This document shows, in pieces, positions 51,435 to 63,323 of a stretch of 63,323 nt of DNA (the stretch's first letter is position 1; the number at the start of each line of letters is the position of its first letter). A model generated the notes under the pieces. It was not told the DNA's origin. It saw only the letters and a program-made list of their open reading frames with translations, and ran no database searches. The position numbers and the translations under genes are program-made. The stretch comes from Gracilinanus agilis (lineage: Eukaryota), in contig NC_058131.1 in NCBI RefSeq assembly GCF_016433145.1, forward strand, positions 31,255,705 through 31,319,027, written 5' to 3'.

Positions 51435-53440
51435 AGAATTTTTTTCCATGGCTACATGATTCATGATTTCCCCCCACTCTCTTCCCTCCTTGCTTCCTGG
51501 AGCTGACAAGCAGTTCCACTGGGTTATCCATGTATCATTGTTCAAAACCCATTTCCATGTTATTCATATTTGCAGTAGAGTGATCCTTTAACACCAAAAT
51601 CCTAATCCTACCCCCATCAAACCATGTGATGGATAGTATGTTTTTCTTCTGTGTTTTTGCTCCCACAGTTCTTTCTCTGGATGTGGATACATTCTTTCTC
51701 CTAAGACCCTCAGGATTGTCCTGAGTCATTGCGTTGCTGCTAGTAGCAAAGTCAGTTACATTCGATTTTACCACAGTATATCCATCTCTGTGTACAATGT
51801 TTTCCTGGTTCTGATCCTTTCACTCTGCATCACTTCCTGGAGGTCTTTCCAGTTCACATGGAATTCCTCCAGTTCGTCATTTCTTTTAGCACAATGATAT
51901 TCCATCCCCATCAGATACCACAATTTGTTCAGCTATTCCCCAATTGATGGACACCCCCACTTTTTCCAATTTTTTGTCACTATAAAAAGCATGGCTATAA
52001 ATATTTTTGTACAGATATTTTTCCTTATTATCTCTTTGGGGTACAAACCCAGCAGTGGTATGGCTGGATCAAAGGGCAGGCAATCTTTTAAAACCCTTTA
52101 GGTATAGTTCCAAATTGCCCTCCAGAATAGTTGGACCAATTCACAACTCCACCAGCAATGCTTTAGTGTCCCAATTTTACATCATCCCCTCACTTTTTCT
52201 TTACTGTCATATTGGCCAGTTTGATAGGTATAAGGTGGTACCTCAGAGTTGTTCTAACTTGTATTTCTCTAATCAGGAGGGATTTAGAATACTTTTTCAT
52301 GTGCTTATTAATAGTTTTTATTTCTTCATCTGAAAACTGTCTATTCATGTCCCTTGACTATCGATTAGGGAATGGCTTGATTTTTTGTAAACTTGACTTA
52401 GTTCCTTATATGTTGGGAAATTAAACCTTTGTCAGAAAGTTTTGTTATAAAAATGTTCACCCAGTTTATTGCTTTCTTTCTAATTTTGGTTGCATTGGTT
52501 TTGTTTGTACAAAACCTTTTTAATTTGATATAATCATACTCATTCATTTTACTTTTTGCAATGTTCTCTATTTCTTGCTTGGTCTTAAATTCCTTCCTTT
52601 CCCACAGATCTGACAGGTATACAATTCTATGTTCACCTAATTTATTTATGATTTCACTCTTTATAATTAAGTCCTTTACACATTTTGAATTTATCTTAGT
52701 ATAGTGTGTGAGTTGTTGAGCTAAAAACCTAATTTTTCCCATACTCTTTTCTAATTTTCCCAGAAGTCTTTGTCAAATAGTGAGTTCTTGTCCCAAAAGC
52801 TGGGCTCTTTGGATTTATTGAACACTCTCTTGCTGAGGTCATTTACCCCTAATCTATTCCATTGATTCATCCTTCTGTCTCTTAGCCAGTACCATATTGT
52901 TTTGATGACCACTGCCTTATGGTACAGTTAAAGGTTTAGTACTGCCAGACCCCCATCCTTCACATTTTTTCCATTAGTTCCCTTGATATTCTTGATCTCT
53001 TGTTCTTCCAGATGAACTTTGTTACAATTTTTTCTAATTCTATAAAAATGTTTTTTCATAGTTTGATAGGTATGGCACTAAATAAGTAGATTAATTTGGG
53101 TAGGATGGCCATTTTTATTATATTAGCTCATCCTTCCCATGAGTTATTAATGTTTTTCCAGATATTTAGATCTAGTATTATTTGTGTAAGAGTGTTTTGT
53201 AGTTGTGTTCATATAATTACCGTGTTTGTCTTGGCAAATAGATTCCTAAATATTTTATAATGTCTAAAGTGATTTTAAATGGAGTTTCTCTAACTCCTGC
53301 TGCTGAATTTTGTTAGAAATATATAGAAATGCTGATGATTTATGTGGGTTTATTTTGTACCCTGCAACTTTGCTAACGTTAATTATTTCCACTAGCCTTT
53401 TAGTTGATTTTCTGGTATTCTTTAACTATACCATCATTGA
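51435..53440 (-). mobile_element. 5'-truncated L1 (about 2 kb; ORF2 C-terminus plus 3'UTR)
   Basis: ORF-track peptide 52398-52742 (YTKINSKCVKDL...YIKLKRFCTNK...SDKGLISQ) is L1 ORF2; flanking repeat ATTCTTTTTT at 51423 and 53441. Confidence 0.9.
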
Positions 53441-53479
53441 ATTCTTTTTTATAGATAAGTATCAACCCTTTAACAAAAG

Positions 53480-56170
53480 AAAAAAGTCAGAGTTCGGTTA
53501 GACGCCTTGTTGCCTAGAAGTAATTACATTGCCTTGAGAACTGAACTGCCTGAACTTCAGAAACTGGAAGCTGAGAAAATGAATGGATTCATATAGAAAT
53601 ATTACCAATAAATAATATAATTTGACATCAACTCTCCTCATATATTTATTGGGAAAGATTCTAGTCTATCTTTATTGCATATGTTGGCGCTCGCTTTTGT
53701 CTTAAAATAGATGCTTTTTTATGTTATTAAAATGTTATCTCTGTGTTTTGTAAAGTTTCATTACTCTCGTTTGTTAGTATAAGTGAGTGCTATACTTTGT
53801 CAAAGGCTAACTACTGGGAAAATCCTATGATTCCAGAAGATTTTGTTTTCAATATGAATAATTATGTTGGTTGTTTTACTAATGTTGAACTATCTTTTCT
53901 GTCCTAGTCTAAATCATAATGAGTAATTTTGGGGATACTTTTCTGTAAGCTATTTATATGTTTTAATATATAGCTTCCAAATTCATATTCATTAATGTTT
54001 TTCTTCTTTCCATATTTTAATATTAGAACTGTGTCCCATGGAAGGAATTTGGTAGAGTGATTTTATTCTCAAAAATTGAAAGTATTTTGTATAGTTTTCT
54101 AAAATTTTGATTATAGTTCTCCTGTGAATTCAACAACAAGAAGAGGTTGTGCGTGAGGGCACGGGGGTGGGGGTGGGGGGGCAGTATTTGTTTGTTTTTT
54201 CTCTCCTTTGATACTTCCTTTACATCTTGATCAGTCTCTGCTTCTGAAAGTGAATTATTTAAGCTCTCTCCATTTGGTGTTCTGTTAGTTTGTGTGCTCT
54301 GTATTTTTTTAAAGTAATCCTTTCTTTTTTGTTATCAGATTTATTGGCATATCACTATGTATATTAGTAATAAGCATTGCATATAGTAAGTTCTGATAAT
54401 TATTTTATTTATTTTGTTTTTTTATTTTACCTTGTTCATTTGTCATTTTATTGATTTGATTTTCTATTCTCTCTTATATCAGCTTGACTAGTTAGTTTTT
54501 GTTTTTTTTTTTAAGAACAAGCTTTTTTTATGGCTTATTTGATTTATCTATTTTTCCTTTCCTCCTTTTGAGATATTCTGTTTTGTATTTATTTTGTGTT
54601 TTGTTTATTTCAGGAGTCGGCAACGTATGGCTCTTTCTGCAGGAGCCATAAAGTCCTTTTTTTTTTTTTTTTCAGGCGCTGTTACAGGAGTGGCACTGTG
54701 AGCACTGCACGGCTCTCACGAAATTACATTTTAAAAAATGTGGCGTTTATAGCTCTCACGGCCAAAAAGGTTGCCGATCCCTGGTTTATTTAGTAGGTTT
54801 CTAATTTTTAAAAGTGGTTATTCAATTCTTTAATCCTCACTTTTATATTTTGTTCATATAGGTTTTTAGATAAATATTTACCCCTACAATTGCTGTATTC
54901 CAGGAACTTTGATTTGTTGTTTTGTCATTATCATTTTGCATAATTATTAATTATTTCTAAAGGTTTTATGTGGCCTATTCATTATTTGGGATTTAATTAT
55001 TAAGCCTCCAATTAGGTCTATGTTGTTGGTTATGATTTCTGAACCACGTATTATTTTTTATTGTGGTATAGTCTTCAAAGAATGTGTTCATGACCTGTCT
55101 TTTTAAATTTATTTACATCTTTGTGTCTTTATCTGGTCAAATTTTGTGCAGATTTCATGTAACTTTGAGAAATATTCAAAACAATGTCATCAGAAGATAC
55201 CATGAACTTTTTAAGTCTAATTTCCCAGAAATTTGTTCTATTTTACATTTTCCTTTTATTTTCATTTTCCCTTTGGTTGATCTATCTTTAGATTTTTTTC
55301 CAACACAGATAAAAGAAAATTAAAGTTTCTTTCTATAATTATATAGTGTCTATGCTTTCTGGCAACTGGAATAATAATTCCTCTATGAATTTAGATACGG
55401 CACCACTTAGATAATATAATTTTGATATTGGCATTCGTTGGATGTCTATGTTTCCTTTCAGCATAATTTAAGTTCCATGCTTATCTTTGTTTGTAGTGTT
55501 AGCTTCAAATCTTGCTTTGTCTGAGAGCACACTTTCAAAGTCCGTTTGCTCCAGTCTTTCATTTTTATTCTGTGAATATCTTTATAGATGTCTTTCTTAT
55601 AAGCAACAGCTTGTAGAGTTTTGGGTTTTTTTTATTCACTCTCTCATTCTGTCATTTCATTGAATTGTTTAATCCAGTCACATTTAGTTATGGAAAGTTT
55701 ACGCTTTCCTCTATTTTTGTCTCTAGTATTGTTTCATTTTTCTGAATTAGGATTTGGGGGGAGGTTCCCTTTCCTCCTTCGAAACAGTACTTTTGTATCT
55801 AATTCGTTTTGCTTACTCTATTTTAAGACCACCCTATTTCCACAGGTTCTCTCCCTTTCCTCCTCAACCTTTCATTCTTCCACTGGTCAACTCTTTCGTC
55901 TTATAATTTTACTTGCTATTTATTCCATTTTATTTCTTCTTTCTATTTAGTTATCAGATTAAAGTCCTTTTCTATAATTGTAGTATTGTCTGTGCTTTCT
56001 GGCAACTTGGTTCATTCTTCCTCTCTGAATTTAGATACAGTTCCATTTCGATAATAAATATATAATAATTTTTATTTATAATAAGTATATAATGATATTT
56101 AGATAATAATAATTTTGATATTGGCATTGGTTTGTTGTATCTGGTTCCTTTCAGCATAAGTTTTCTGTTG
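53480..56170 (-). mobile_element. Old, fragmented L1 ORF2 (endonuclease to RT region)
   Basis: AT-rich degenerate antisense L1; peptide MLKGT... in ORF 55972-56193; an internal segment is repeated (about 55320-55470 versus about 55960-56160). Confidence 0.6.
54611..54783. mobile_element. Non-autonomous hAT MITE (second family), 173 bp
   Basis: Terminal inverted repeats CAGGAGTCGGCAAC / GTTGCCGATCCCTG; perfect 8-bp TSD GTTTATTT at 54603-54610 and 54784-54791. Confidence 0.9.
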
Positions 56171-57274
56171 GGCCTCATTCTTAGAAACAGCAATTCCTAA
56201 GGGAGGTGATGAGGACAGAAATATTTTCCCATATTGGCAATTTCTCTGGGCCCCAAATCCTTGGGCTCAATTCTAACTCCTGCCTCCCTATGATCTTTTT
56301 TCTTTATTATTTCCCATGTGATCTTCTCTCTAAATCCATGCCCTCCTGACTTTGTGGATGCAAGTCACATCCAGAAACCCTCCTGAGGAAAGATGTGGCC
56401 CAGGGAGGCACAATCCTCTTCTAGAGGAAGCGGTCTGGCTGTCTCCAGTGTCTGCCATGCTGCCCATCCACACCTCTACTGCCTGAAAGCCCCAACCAAA
56501 GCTGCACCTTCTACAGGAGCCTTTCCCAAGTCTGAATCTTTGCACTTTTGCTTTGTTAATGATTTCCGATTTATCCTGTATATGGCTCACGTGGCGAAGA
56601 TCAAAGCCCTGGTCCTGCACGAGGGCTTGGTGCAGAGCTGGTAAGAGTGAGGGAGAAGAGAATCCAGATCCTTCTGGCTTCCAGCTTCAAGAGAAAAAGA
56701 AAATGGGGCCATTCCAATCTCTCTTCAAGTTTCTGATGGGAGAGAACGACTCTAGGAAGAAGCTGAAGTGAGAAGAACTGCCCAGTCTTTATCATCAGCT
56801 TGCCTCACTAGAGACTTTGGGGAAATTTCCCCCCTTATCTGATAGGCTTATATGCTAATAATTTGGGGTGAGAAACTTTGGAGGAAGGATTTTTTCCTAG
56901 AATGTTTTCGTGCTGATGAGTTCTGAGCCCATTTCATTTGTCTCCTTTCTTACCTAGATAATGTTCTTATCCCAGCTTGCTCTACTAAAGAATGGGGGGA
57001 CTTCCTCCTTTCGGGGAGGTCTGAGACTTGAGTGGTCCAGCTGAGACATCTCGCTTCCAGTGAGAGAGCCCCTTCGGTCTGTATCGCCCGATAGATATTA
57101 TCCCACGTCTACTTGCTCCCATTTCTTTGTTGCTATCGACCTGGATAAATGGGTTTTTTGCCATTTGGTGTGTGTCCATTGTGAAACTGACATTTGAAGA
57201 GAAAGAAACCAAGACGTGGCTATGAAGCTTTTGACGCCCGACGTTCCTCCTTAATGAACAGTCATCAGAAGCTT

Positions 57275-57510
57275 GTGGCCAGCTAGTGGATAGAGTGCCA
57301 AGCCTGAAGTCAGCAAGACTCATCTTCCTGAGTTCAAGTCTGGACTTAGATGCTTACTAGCTGGGTGATCTTGGGCAAGTCACTTAACCCTATTTGCCTC
57401 CGTTTCCTGGAGAAGAAAATGACAGACCCTTCTAGGATCTCTGCCAAGAAAACCCTAAATTGCATCACGAAGAGTTGGACATAATTGACAAATGACTGAA
57501 CAACAACAAA
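57275..57510 (+). mobile_element. MIR/MAR1-like CORE SINE
   Basis: ctagtggatagagtgccaagcctgaagtcagcaagactcatc...gccaagaaaaccctaaat. Confidence 0.75.
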
Positions 57511-58259
57511 CTGTTTTGGTCATCTTACAGTTGAGGATATTGTGGCAGACAAAGGTTAAGTGACTTGCCTACGGTCACACATCTACTCAGTGCCTGATAT
57601 TGGATTTAAGCTCAGATCTTCCTTTCTCCAAGTATAGCACTCTATCCACTGAGTCATTTATCTTACTCGAGTAATGGCAGAGTTTAGAACCAAAGAGGCT
57701 TAGAAGGCCAGACTGACTGAGATACAGTCTAGTAGATATACAAGAAAACTTTTTAATTTTGGTTAAAAAAAATGTTTGCAAGCATGAGATGAGGAATGAG
57801 ATGAATCCATTTGAAAAAAAAAAAGGAGGTTAGAATGGAAGTTATTTATGAGTTAGTAGTGTGATATGTCAGTCAAAAAAACTACTTGAATTTCAGGCTG
57901 TACATAGTTCCAGGACGTGGTACCTACTGTTTCCTGGTTAGAGCACAACTGAAATATTTTGTTCAGTTTGAGGCACTATATTTTAAGAACTATGTCACCA
58001 GGATGGTGAAGGGCTCTGAGAGCATGCCATATGAATTCTGATAGAAGGAACTGGGGATAGTTATACTGGAGATATTCCAACCTGCATCTATTGCCCTGCC
58101 TGGTTTCAGTTTCTTGGAGCTAGCTGTCCCTCACTTGGGAACCCCTTCTGACATTTCCCTTTTGTGATTCCTTTTGAATATTGTCTCCCTTTTTAGACTG
58201 TAAGCTCCTTGGAGGCAAGGATTATCTTTATGATGATGATGATGATGATTAATTATATT

Positions 58260-58645
58260 CCCTAAGGGACCATCTAGTGGATTGAGAGCCAAGCTTGAAG
58301 ACTAGAGGTCCTAGGTTCAAATCTGGCTTTAGACACTTCCTAGCTGAGCACAACTTTTTTTTTTTTAAACCCATACCTTCTGGTATTGGCTCCAAGGCAG
58401 AAGAGTGGTAAGGGTAGGCAATGGGGATCAAGTGACTTGCCCAGGGTCACACAGCTGAGAAGTGTCTGAGGCCAGATTTGAACCTAGGATCTCCCATCTC
58501 TAGGCCTGGCTTTCCATCCACTGAGCTACCCAGCTGCCTCCTGGGCACAACTTTTAGCCTCTATTTCCTAGCACTTTCTGCTCTTCTGCATTGGAACCAA
58601 TACACAGTATTGACTCCAAGACAGAAGGTAAGGGTTTAAAAAAAA
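58260..58645. mobile_element. SINE nested in a SINE (inner copy on -, 58360-58543)
   Basis: TSD GCACAACTTTT at 58348-58358 and 58545-58555; the outer + strand SINE resumes afterwards. Confidence 0.88.
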
Positions 58646-59876
58646 TTGTAGCCCCAGAGCTTCTGTATGTAGTAGGCATTGAATAAGTGTGTTTTGAATT
58701 AGATGGATTAAAGAGAATTGTCTTCACCAAGAATGTGAAGGAAGCTATTTTTATATAGTAGAGGAATCCAACTAAACTCACTTGGTCCCAGAAGCAAGAA
58801 TGAAGAATAAGCAGGGGAAGCCACAGAGAAAGAGAATAGGCAGCATGTAATGAAATCTTCCTGACCATCAGAGCTATCCCAAAGTGGACAGCGAGGTGGC
58901 ACAGTGGATAATGCACCAGGCTTGGAATCAAGATTCATCTTCATGAATTCAAATCTGGTGTCAGATACTAGCTGTGGGACCTTAGGCAAGTCAGTTAACT
59001 CTATTAGTCCCAGTCTCCTCCTCTGAAAAATGAGCTGGAGAAGGGAATGGCTGTCAACTGAAAAAATACACAATTCCCCAAGTAGTTATAATATTGGGTC
59101 TTTAATAGGAGTAAGAAGATTATAGTTGAGAAAAAGCACATTAGAGCCTTAGCCCTCGGATTATAACCTGGGAAAACACACAGAGATGCAGTCCCCAAAC
59201 TTCCACTAAACTACAGAAAAGGGGTGCTTGAACAATCTTTTGAAAAAAAGTGAAGAGACAACAGACAGGTCTCAAGTTCAGAGGAGGTGGGGAAAGATTT
59301 GATAGCTGTAGGCTAGAGGGACTGGGAATACATCTCTGGTTCTTCATGTTTGTTTATCTTCCTTCAATTCAATCCTCTGGTGAGGGGTATTTTGGGGGAA
59401 CCAGCCAAGATCCATTCATAGTCAATTCAATAAATTCAGTCTTTGGAGTTCTTTGTTTTAAAACTGGGAGTGTCTGAAAATAAGGTTACCATGGGAAAGC
59501 ACACCAGTATCTTTGCCAAGAAAACCCCAAATGGGGTCACGAAGAGAAAGCCAAGCCTGAACAACAAAAGCAGCACGGGCCGCCTTCCAAGGCAGCGCAT
59601 TTCTCCTCGCTGAGGGAGTATGAACAGAGGATGAATGGCCACTAACCATTATATTGTGATTGTGGTTGTTGTTTAGCTCCTGTTGAACCTTTCCAACTCT
59701 GCAATTCTGTGATTCTACCCATCTTAAATCCTGGTTTTGGCAGGGAGACTTTTGCTCCAAAGTGAGAGTTAATGGTGGCAGTTGACAGTCTTTAATGAGT
59801 GCTGGTGGTATGTGGGATACTCTTGTAAATGAATAGATATAGAAAGGGCAAAAGACAAAGATGGTTCAAGGAACTT

Positions 59877-60548
59877 TTAGCTTGAAGAAGAGACTGCATA
59901 CTTATAGAACAAAAAAGGGATAGCTGCCATCTTCCATTTCAGAGAATCAAAGGCTTCGTGTGATTTCCAGAAGCCCAGGCGCTCGTACAGTCTTTGAGCT
60001 GGGTAATTGAGGGCATGAGTACTCAGGACCACATTGTCATATCCCTGATCCTGGGCAAACTGGATCAAAGTCTGGGTCAGGGATTTGGCAATACCCTGGC
60101 CCCGATGTTCTTGGTCCACTGACAAATGTAGCAACTCCAGGTTTTTCCATCTTTCTGAAGCCTCTTGTGCTGGGTGGGCACCCACCATGCCCACCACCCG
60201 ACCCTCTGACTCTGCTACCCAGAAACAAGATCCTCTGTCACGGAGGTAGAATTTCTTGATGTCCCTCATGTCTGTGTGCAAGGCGTGGTCCACCATAGAG
60301 GAGAAGGGATATCTAGCAACCCACCACAGGACAGCCAGGAGGCCCAAGAAGGCCAGGAGAGACAGGATGTAAGAACCAGACTCAAGGAACAGGGCACCTG
60401 GGCCCCCCAACAGGAGCAGGAAGCCTCTTGGCTGCTTCAGCAGATGAAGGAAGCAAGAAGGAATGTCATTCAGTGTTCCCTTAGTGAATATGTCTATCAC
60501 TGTCTCCCTGTCTTGGTCTTGATATTTCCGTATGTGATAGGGAGCCAT
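59877..60548 (-). CDS. NAT8: NAT8/Camello-family GNAT N-acetyltransferase, copy 2 (223 aa)
   Basis: Starts MAPYHIRKYQ; LLLLGGP hydrophobic segment; GSCFWVAESEGRVVGMVGA; HRGQGIAK; FAQDQGY; LYERLGF. Intact ORF with a pyrimidine-rich acceptor (ctatag) 30 nt upstream of the ATG. The symbol marks the family. Confidence 0.94.
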   Translation of the reverse strand: MAPYHIRKYQDQDRETVIDIFTKGTLNDIPSCFLHLLKQPRGFLLLLGGPGALFLESGSYILSLLAFLGLLAVLWWVARYPFSSMVDHALHTDMRDIKKFYLRDRGSCFWVAESEGRVVGMVGAHPAQEASERWKNLELLHLSVDQEHRGQGIAKSLTQTLIQFAQDQGYDNVVLSTHALNYPAQRLYERLGFWKSHEAFDSLKWKMAAIPFLFYKYAVSSSS

Positions 60549-61168
60549 GGACTCTTCAGTCTCCTCCTCCTGTGGCCCCTATAGAAGGGAGAACATTGGC
60601 ACTCTCTTTATCTAATCCGGCTCCCTCCCCAGAACTCACTTTCAGTTCTTGGAAAGGAAGACATCATTGCCAGAAGATGGGGGGATTGGGAGGCACATGA
60701 GGGAAACCACTCTCGTTCTACCCTATTGTAGCCCTAGAGCTGCTTGTTTCGTTCCCATCTGGAGTTGGCCTGCAAGACACCAAATGGGTTGAGGATGGAG
60801 AAGTAAGGACTAAAGACATCCAGGAGTGTGATTCTGAGCCATCCAGAATAGACAGACTCTCCAGATGAGATTGAAATATCTTTTCTCCCTCCAGAGCCTT
60901 CCATGGCCCCAGACTATGGAAGAATGACCTAGCATGGAGAGGTGGAGTCAGAAGTTTGGGGTTCTAAACCTGCCTTTGTCACTTCCTCCTTGAATGACTG
61001 TGGGTAAGTCACTTAACCTGTCCATGCTGGTTTCTAATCTGTAAAAGAGAGGTGGAGGAGGGTAAAGGCATTTTAGGTCCCTTTCAGCTCTAAGTCTATT
61101 GTCCTATGAAAAGAACTCCTGGGTTGAAGAAACTTCTTCCAGGCGAGTTCCCACTCCTGTCTCCTTAC

Positions 61169-61230
61169 CTGTGATTTTTGCAGAATCAGGCACTCCTGTC
61201 TTTTGCAGCTGCTGTCTCTGCAATTTGTAT
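61169..61230 (-). other. Candidate non-coding exon 1 of NAT8-like copy 2
   Basis: Strong minus-strand donor cag|gtaagg (exon ends at 61169) about 0.6 kb upstream of the coding-exon acceptor. The 5' end is a guess. Confidence 0.3.
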
Positions 61231-63323
61231 TTTCTTCTTGGCTACTCCTATAAATGTTTGCCTGAGTGCTTCCACACCGAAGTGTGAGGCAAAAGGTCAA
61301 GGTCCTAGACCTGCAGGGAGCAGAATAATCTCTTTTTTACCCCTTCTCCTACCAGCTCCTCCCAGTACCCAAACCCACCCACTTATGCATCCAATGCTCA
61401 GATATTGAGTGTGGCATCTGCTCAACCCAACATGTGGCTCCTCCCATCTCAGAGAGAGGCAGCCTAGTCCTAGATTTGGGGAAGACGCCAACCCACACCT
61501 CCAAAGCCTCTGGATCCTCTTTTTCTTTGTGCTTCTCCCTCCCCACACACAGCCCTCTGACTGTTACTTGGACTGACCCAGAGGTAGGATGGAATCCTAG
61601 TATGAATATCTTGTAAATCCTTCCTCTGATCTGTGTCTGGTCTTGTAGCTACAGTGCTGTCAGCAATCAGCAACCAGGACTATACTCAGGCTTTCCTTAG
61701 GTCTGGACACTGAGAAAGAGCCCACCAGAAGTCACTGAATGCCAGAGCCAGAGGAGGCTTCAGAAGGAATGGGCTTTCCCATTTCCAGAAGTCTTCAAGC
61801 CTTCTTGAAGGCCCTAGGCTGGATGGGCACCCTGGAGAGAGAATTCCTATTCCACTCTGCTTTGCACTGGGGAATCCTTAAGGGTTCTTGTCCCTTAATG
61901 GTTCTGTGATACATGATTTCTTTTAGACCTTTAACAAACCAGAAGGACACTCGCATTATATTGATAACATTGATTTTTTTTAATCAATCGATAATGTAAA
62001 TTGATATTTTTATAACAATTGATAACATAATGATATTGATTATTAACATATTGATAACATAAATGAATGAAAGACTTTTCTTAAGAGCCAAATATGTACA
62101 AAGTAGTATGCTAATCAATGGGAATAGAAATTCAAAAGGGAGACAGACAGTCCCTGCCCTCAAGGATCTTCCTTCTCCAATAAGAAGAAAGTAGCAGCCA
62201 GGAAGGAGAGTTTGGATGAGAGGAATAAAATTTATTTAGCTATTTTCCAATAGACAGACGCCTCTTTAATTTCTGGTACCCAGTGTAAGGAATTACATTT
62301 TATGGTTGGACTAAATATATGAGAATTTTAAGATAATACTGTGGCGGCGGATTTTAAAATGAATACAACTCAAGTCAAAATGACTTTTAGCAGCTTTTAT
62401 GTATAAAGAGGTGGAGAGAGTGAAAGTAGAGAAATGTAAAAGAGGGTAGAGTAAGAAGTCTAGCTTATCACCCTAAATGCTGCTCTAGCCCATGGCTCAA
62501 CCCACTCAGGGCTTGTTAACCCCTCGGCCAGAGGACTTGGTGATGAATTAAGCAAGGGTTCAACCCATGCGGCCTCCTCCAAGAAGAGGAGGCCTCTCTG
62601 GAACTAATCTCTCCAGAAGCCAGGAAAGGTCAGCTTTTCACTCACCAGACTGAAGTCCAAGGGAGGAGATCCAGGAGCAGTCTTACCAGAAGCAGTACAG
62701 GAGCCAGAGTCCCAGGTCCAAGGAAAACTGAAGACCGAAGTCCCAAAGAGAAGTCCTGAAGGAGAAGATCCTCCAACCAGAAAATTCATAACCACCAGCT
62801 CAGATGAATTGTTCAGGCCATGGGGCCAGAGGGTTCAATTTTTTCAAATCTGAAGTGGAAGCAAGGGTGTTCATTTGTGTTCTTATAGTATTCTTTTCCT
62901 AATAATAATAATGCCGATAATCCTACACCTCCAATAATGATGAAAGGAGTATAGACAAAGCTAGAAGGAAGCTTAGACACTATATAGAAGAGACTGGAGA
63001 CCTGGGGAGGTTAAGTGATTTGTCTAAGATCACACAGCTAGTATGTGTCAAAGGCAGGATTCAAACCCAGAACCTCCAGGTTCCAAAACCTGTGCATCTT
63101 ACTTTGTACCACACAATACTTCCAAGATCTCTGATTTTATATATGTGGGTCCTTCTTCCATCTATACCCTGGACAGCTCCCTTTTCATAGACTGGGGACC
63201 CTTATACTGGGGATATGCTTTTGCTTTTAAAAGATAGGTTTATAATTTAATTCAACCCAGGTCTCAAGTCTATTTACATATGGCCATTCATGAAGGATGA
63301 TAATTCAGTGATCCTTCCCTGAA

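Noticed and set aside
52007-52742. ORFs of 70-114 aa
   Set aside because: Fragments or antisense frames of a truncated L1.

Overview
Marsupial genomic DNA, most likely a didelphid opossum, judged from the SINE family and marsupial-type L1/MIR content. Four intact protein-coding genes and one pseudogene are supported. (1) A six-exon secreted REG-family (REG1/lithostathine-like) C-type lectin on + (CDS 6878-9915, 328 aa). Its exon 3 carries about 171 aa of acidic Ala/Pro-rich tetrapeptide repeats between the signal peptide and an Arg-Arg-Ser-Cys-Pro junction; this is the most unusual feature of the window. (2) A disabled CLEC4F/CD207-family type II lectin on + (about 30.9-33.1 kb) with in-frame stops and frameshifts. 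(3) TPRKB on + (CDS 38473-41901, 175 aa) driven from a CpG island at about 35.6-36.1 kb. (4, 5) Two single-coding-exon NAT8-family acetyltransferases on - (44707-45378 and 59877-60548), each 223 aa and about 65% identical by my manual alignment. The rest is mostly transposon-derived: SINEs with target-site duplications (TSDs), L1, L2, MIR/MAR-like elements, solo-LTR-like elements and three hAT MITEs, plus microsatellites and two assembly gaps. Exon boundaries were read by hand. Gene and repeat family names come from remembered sequences, not from database searches.
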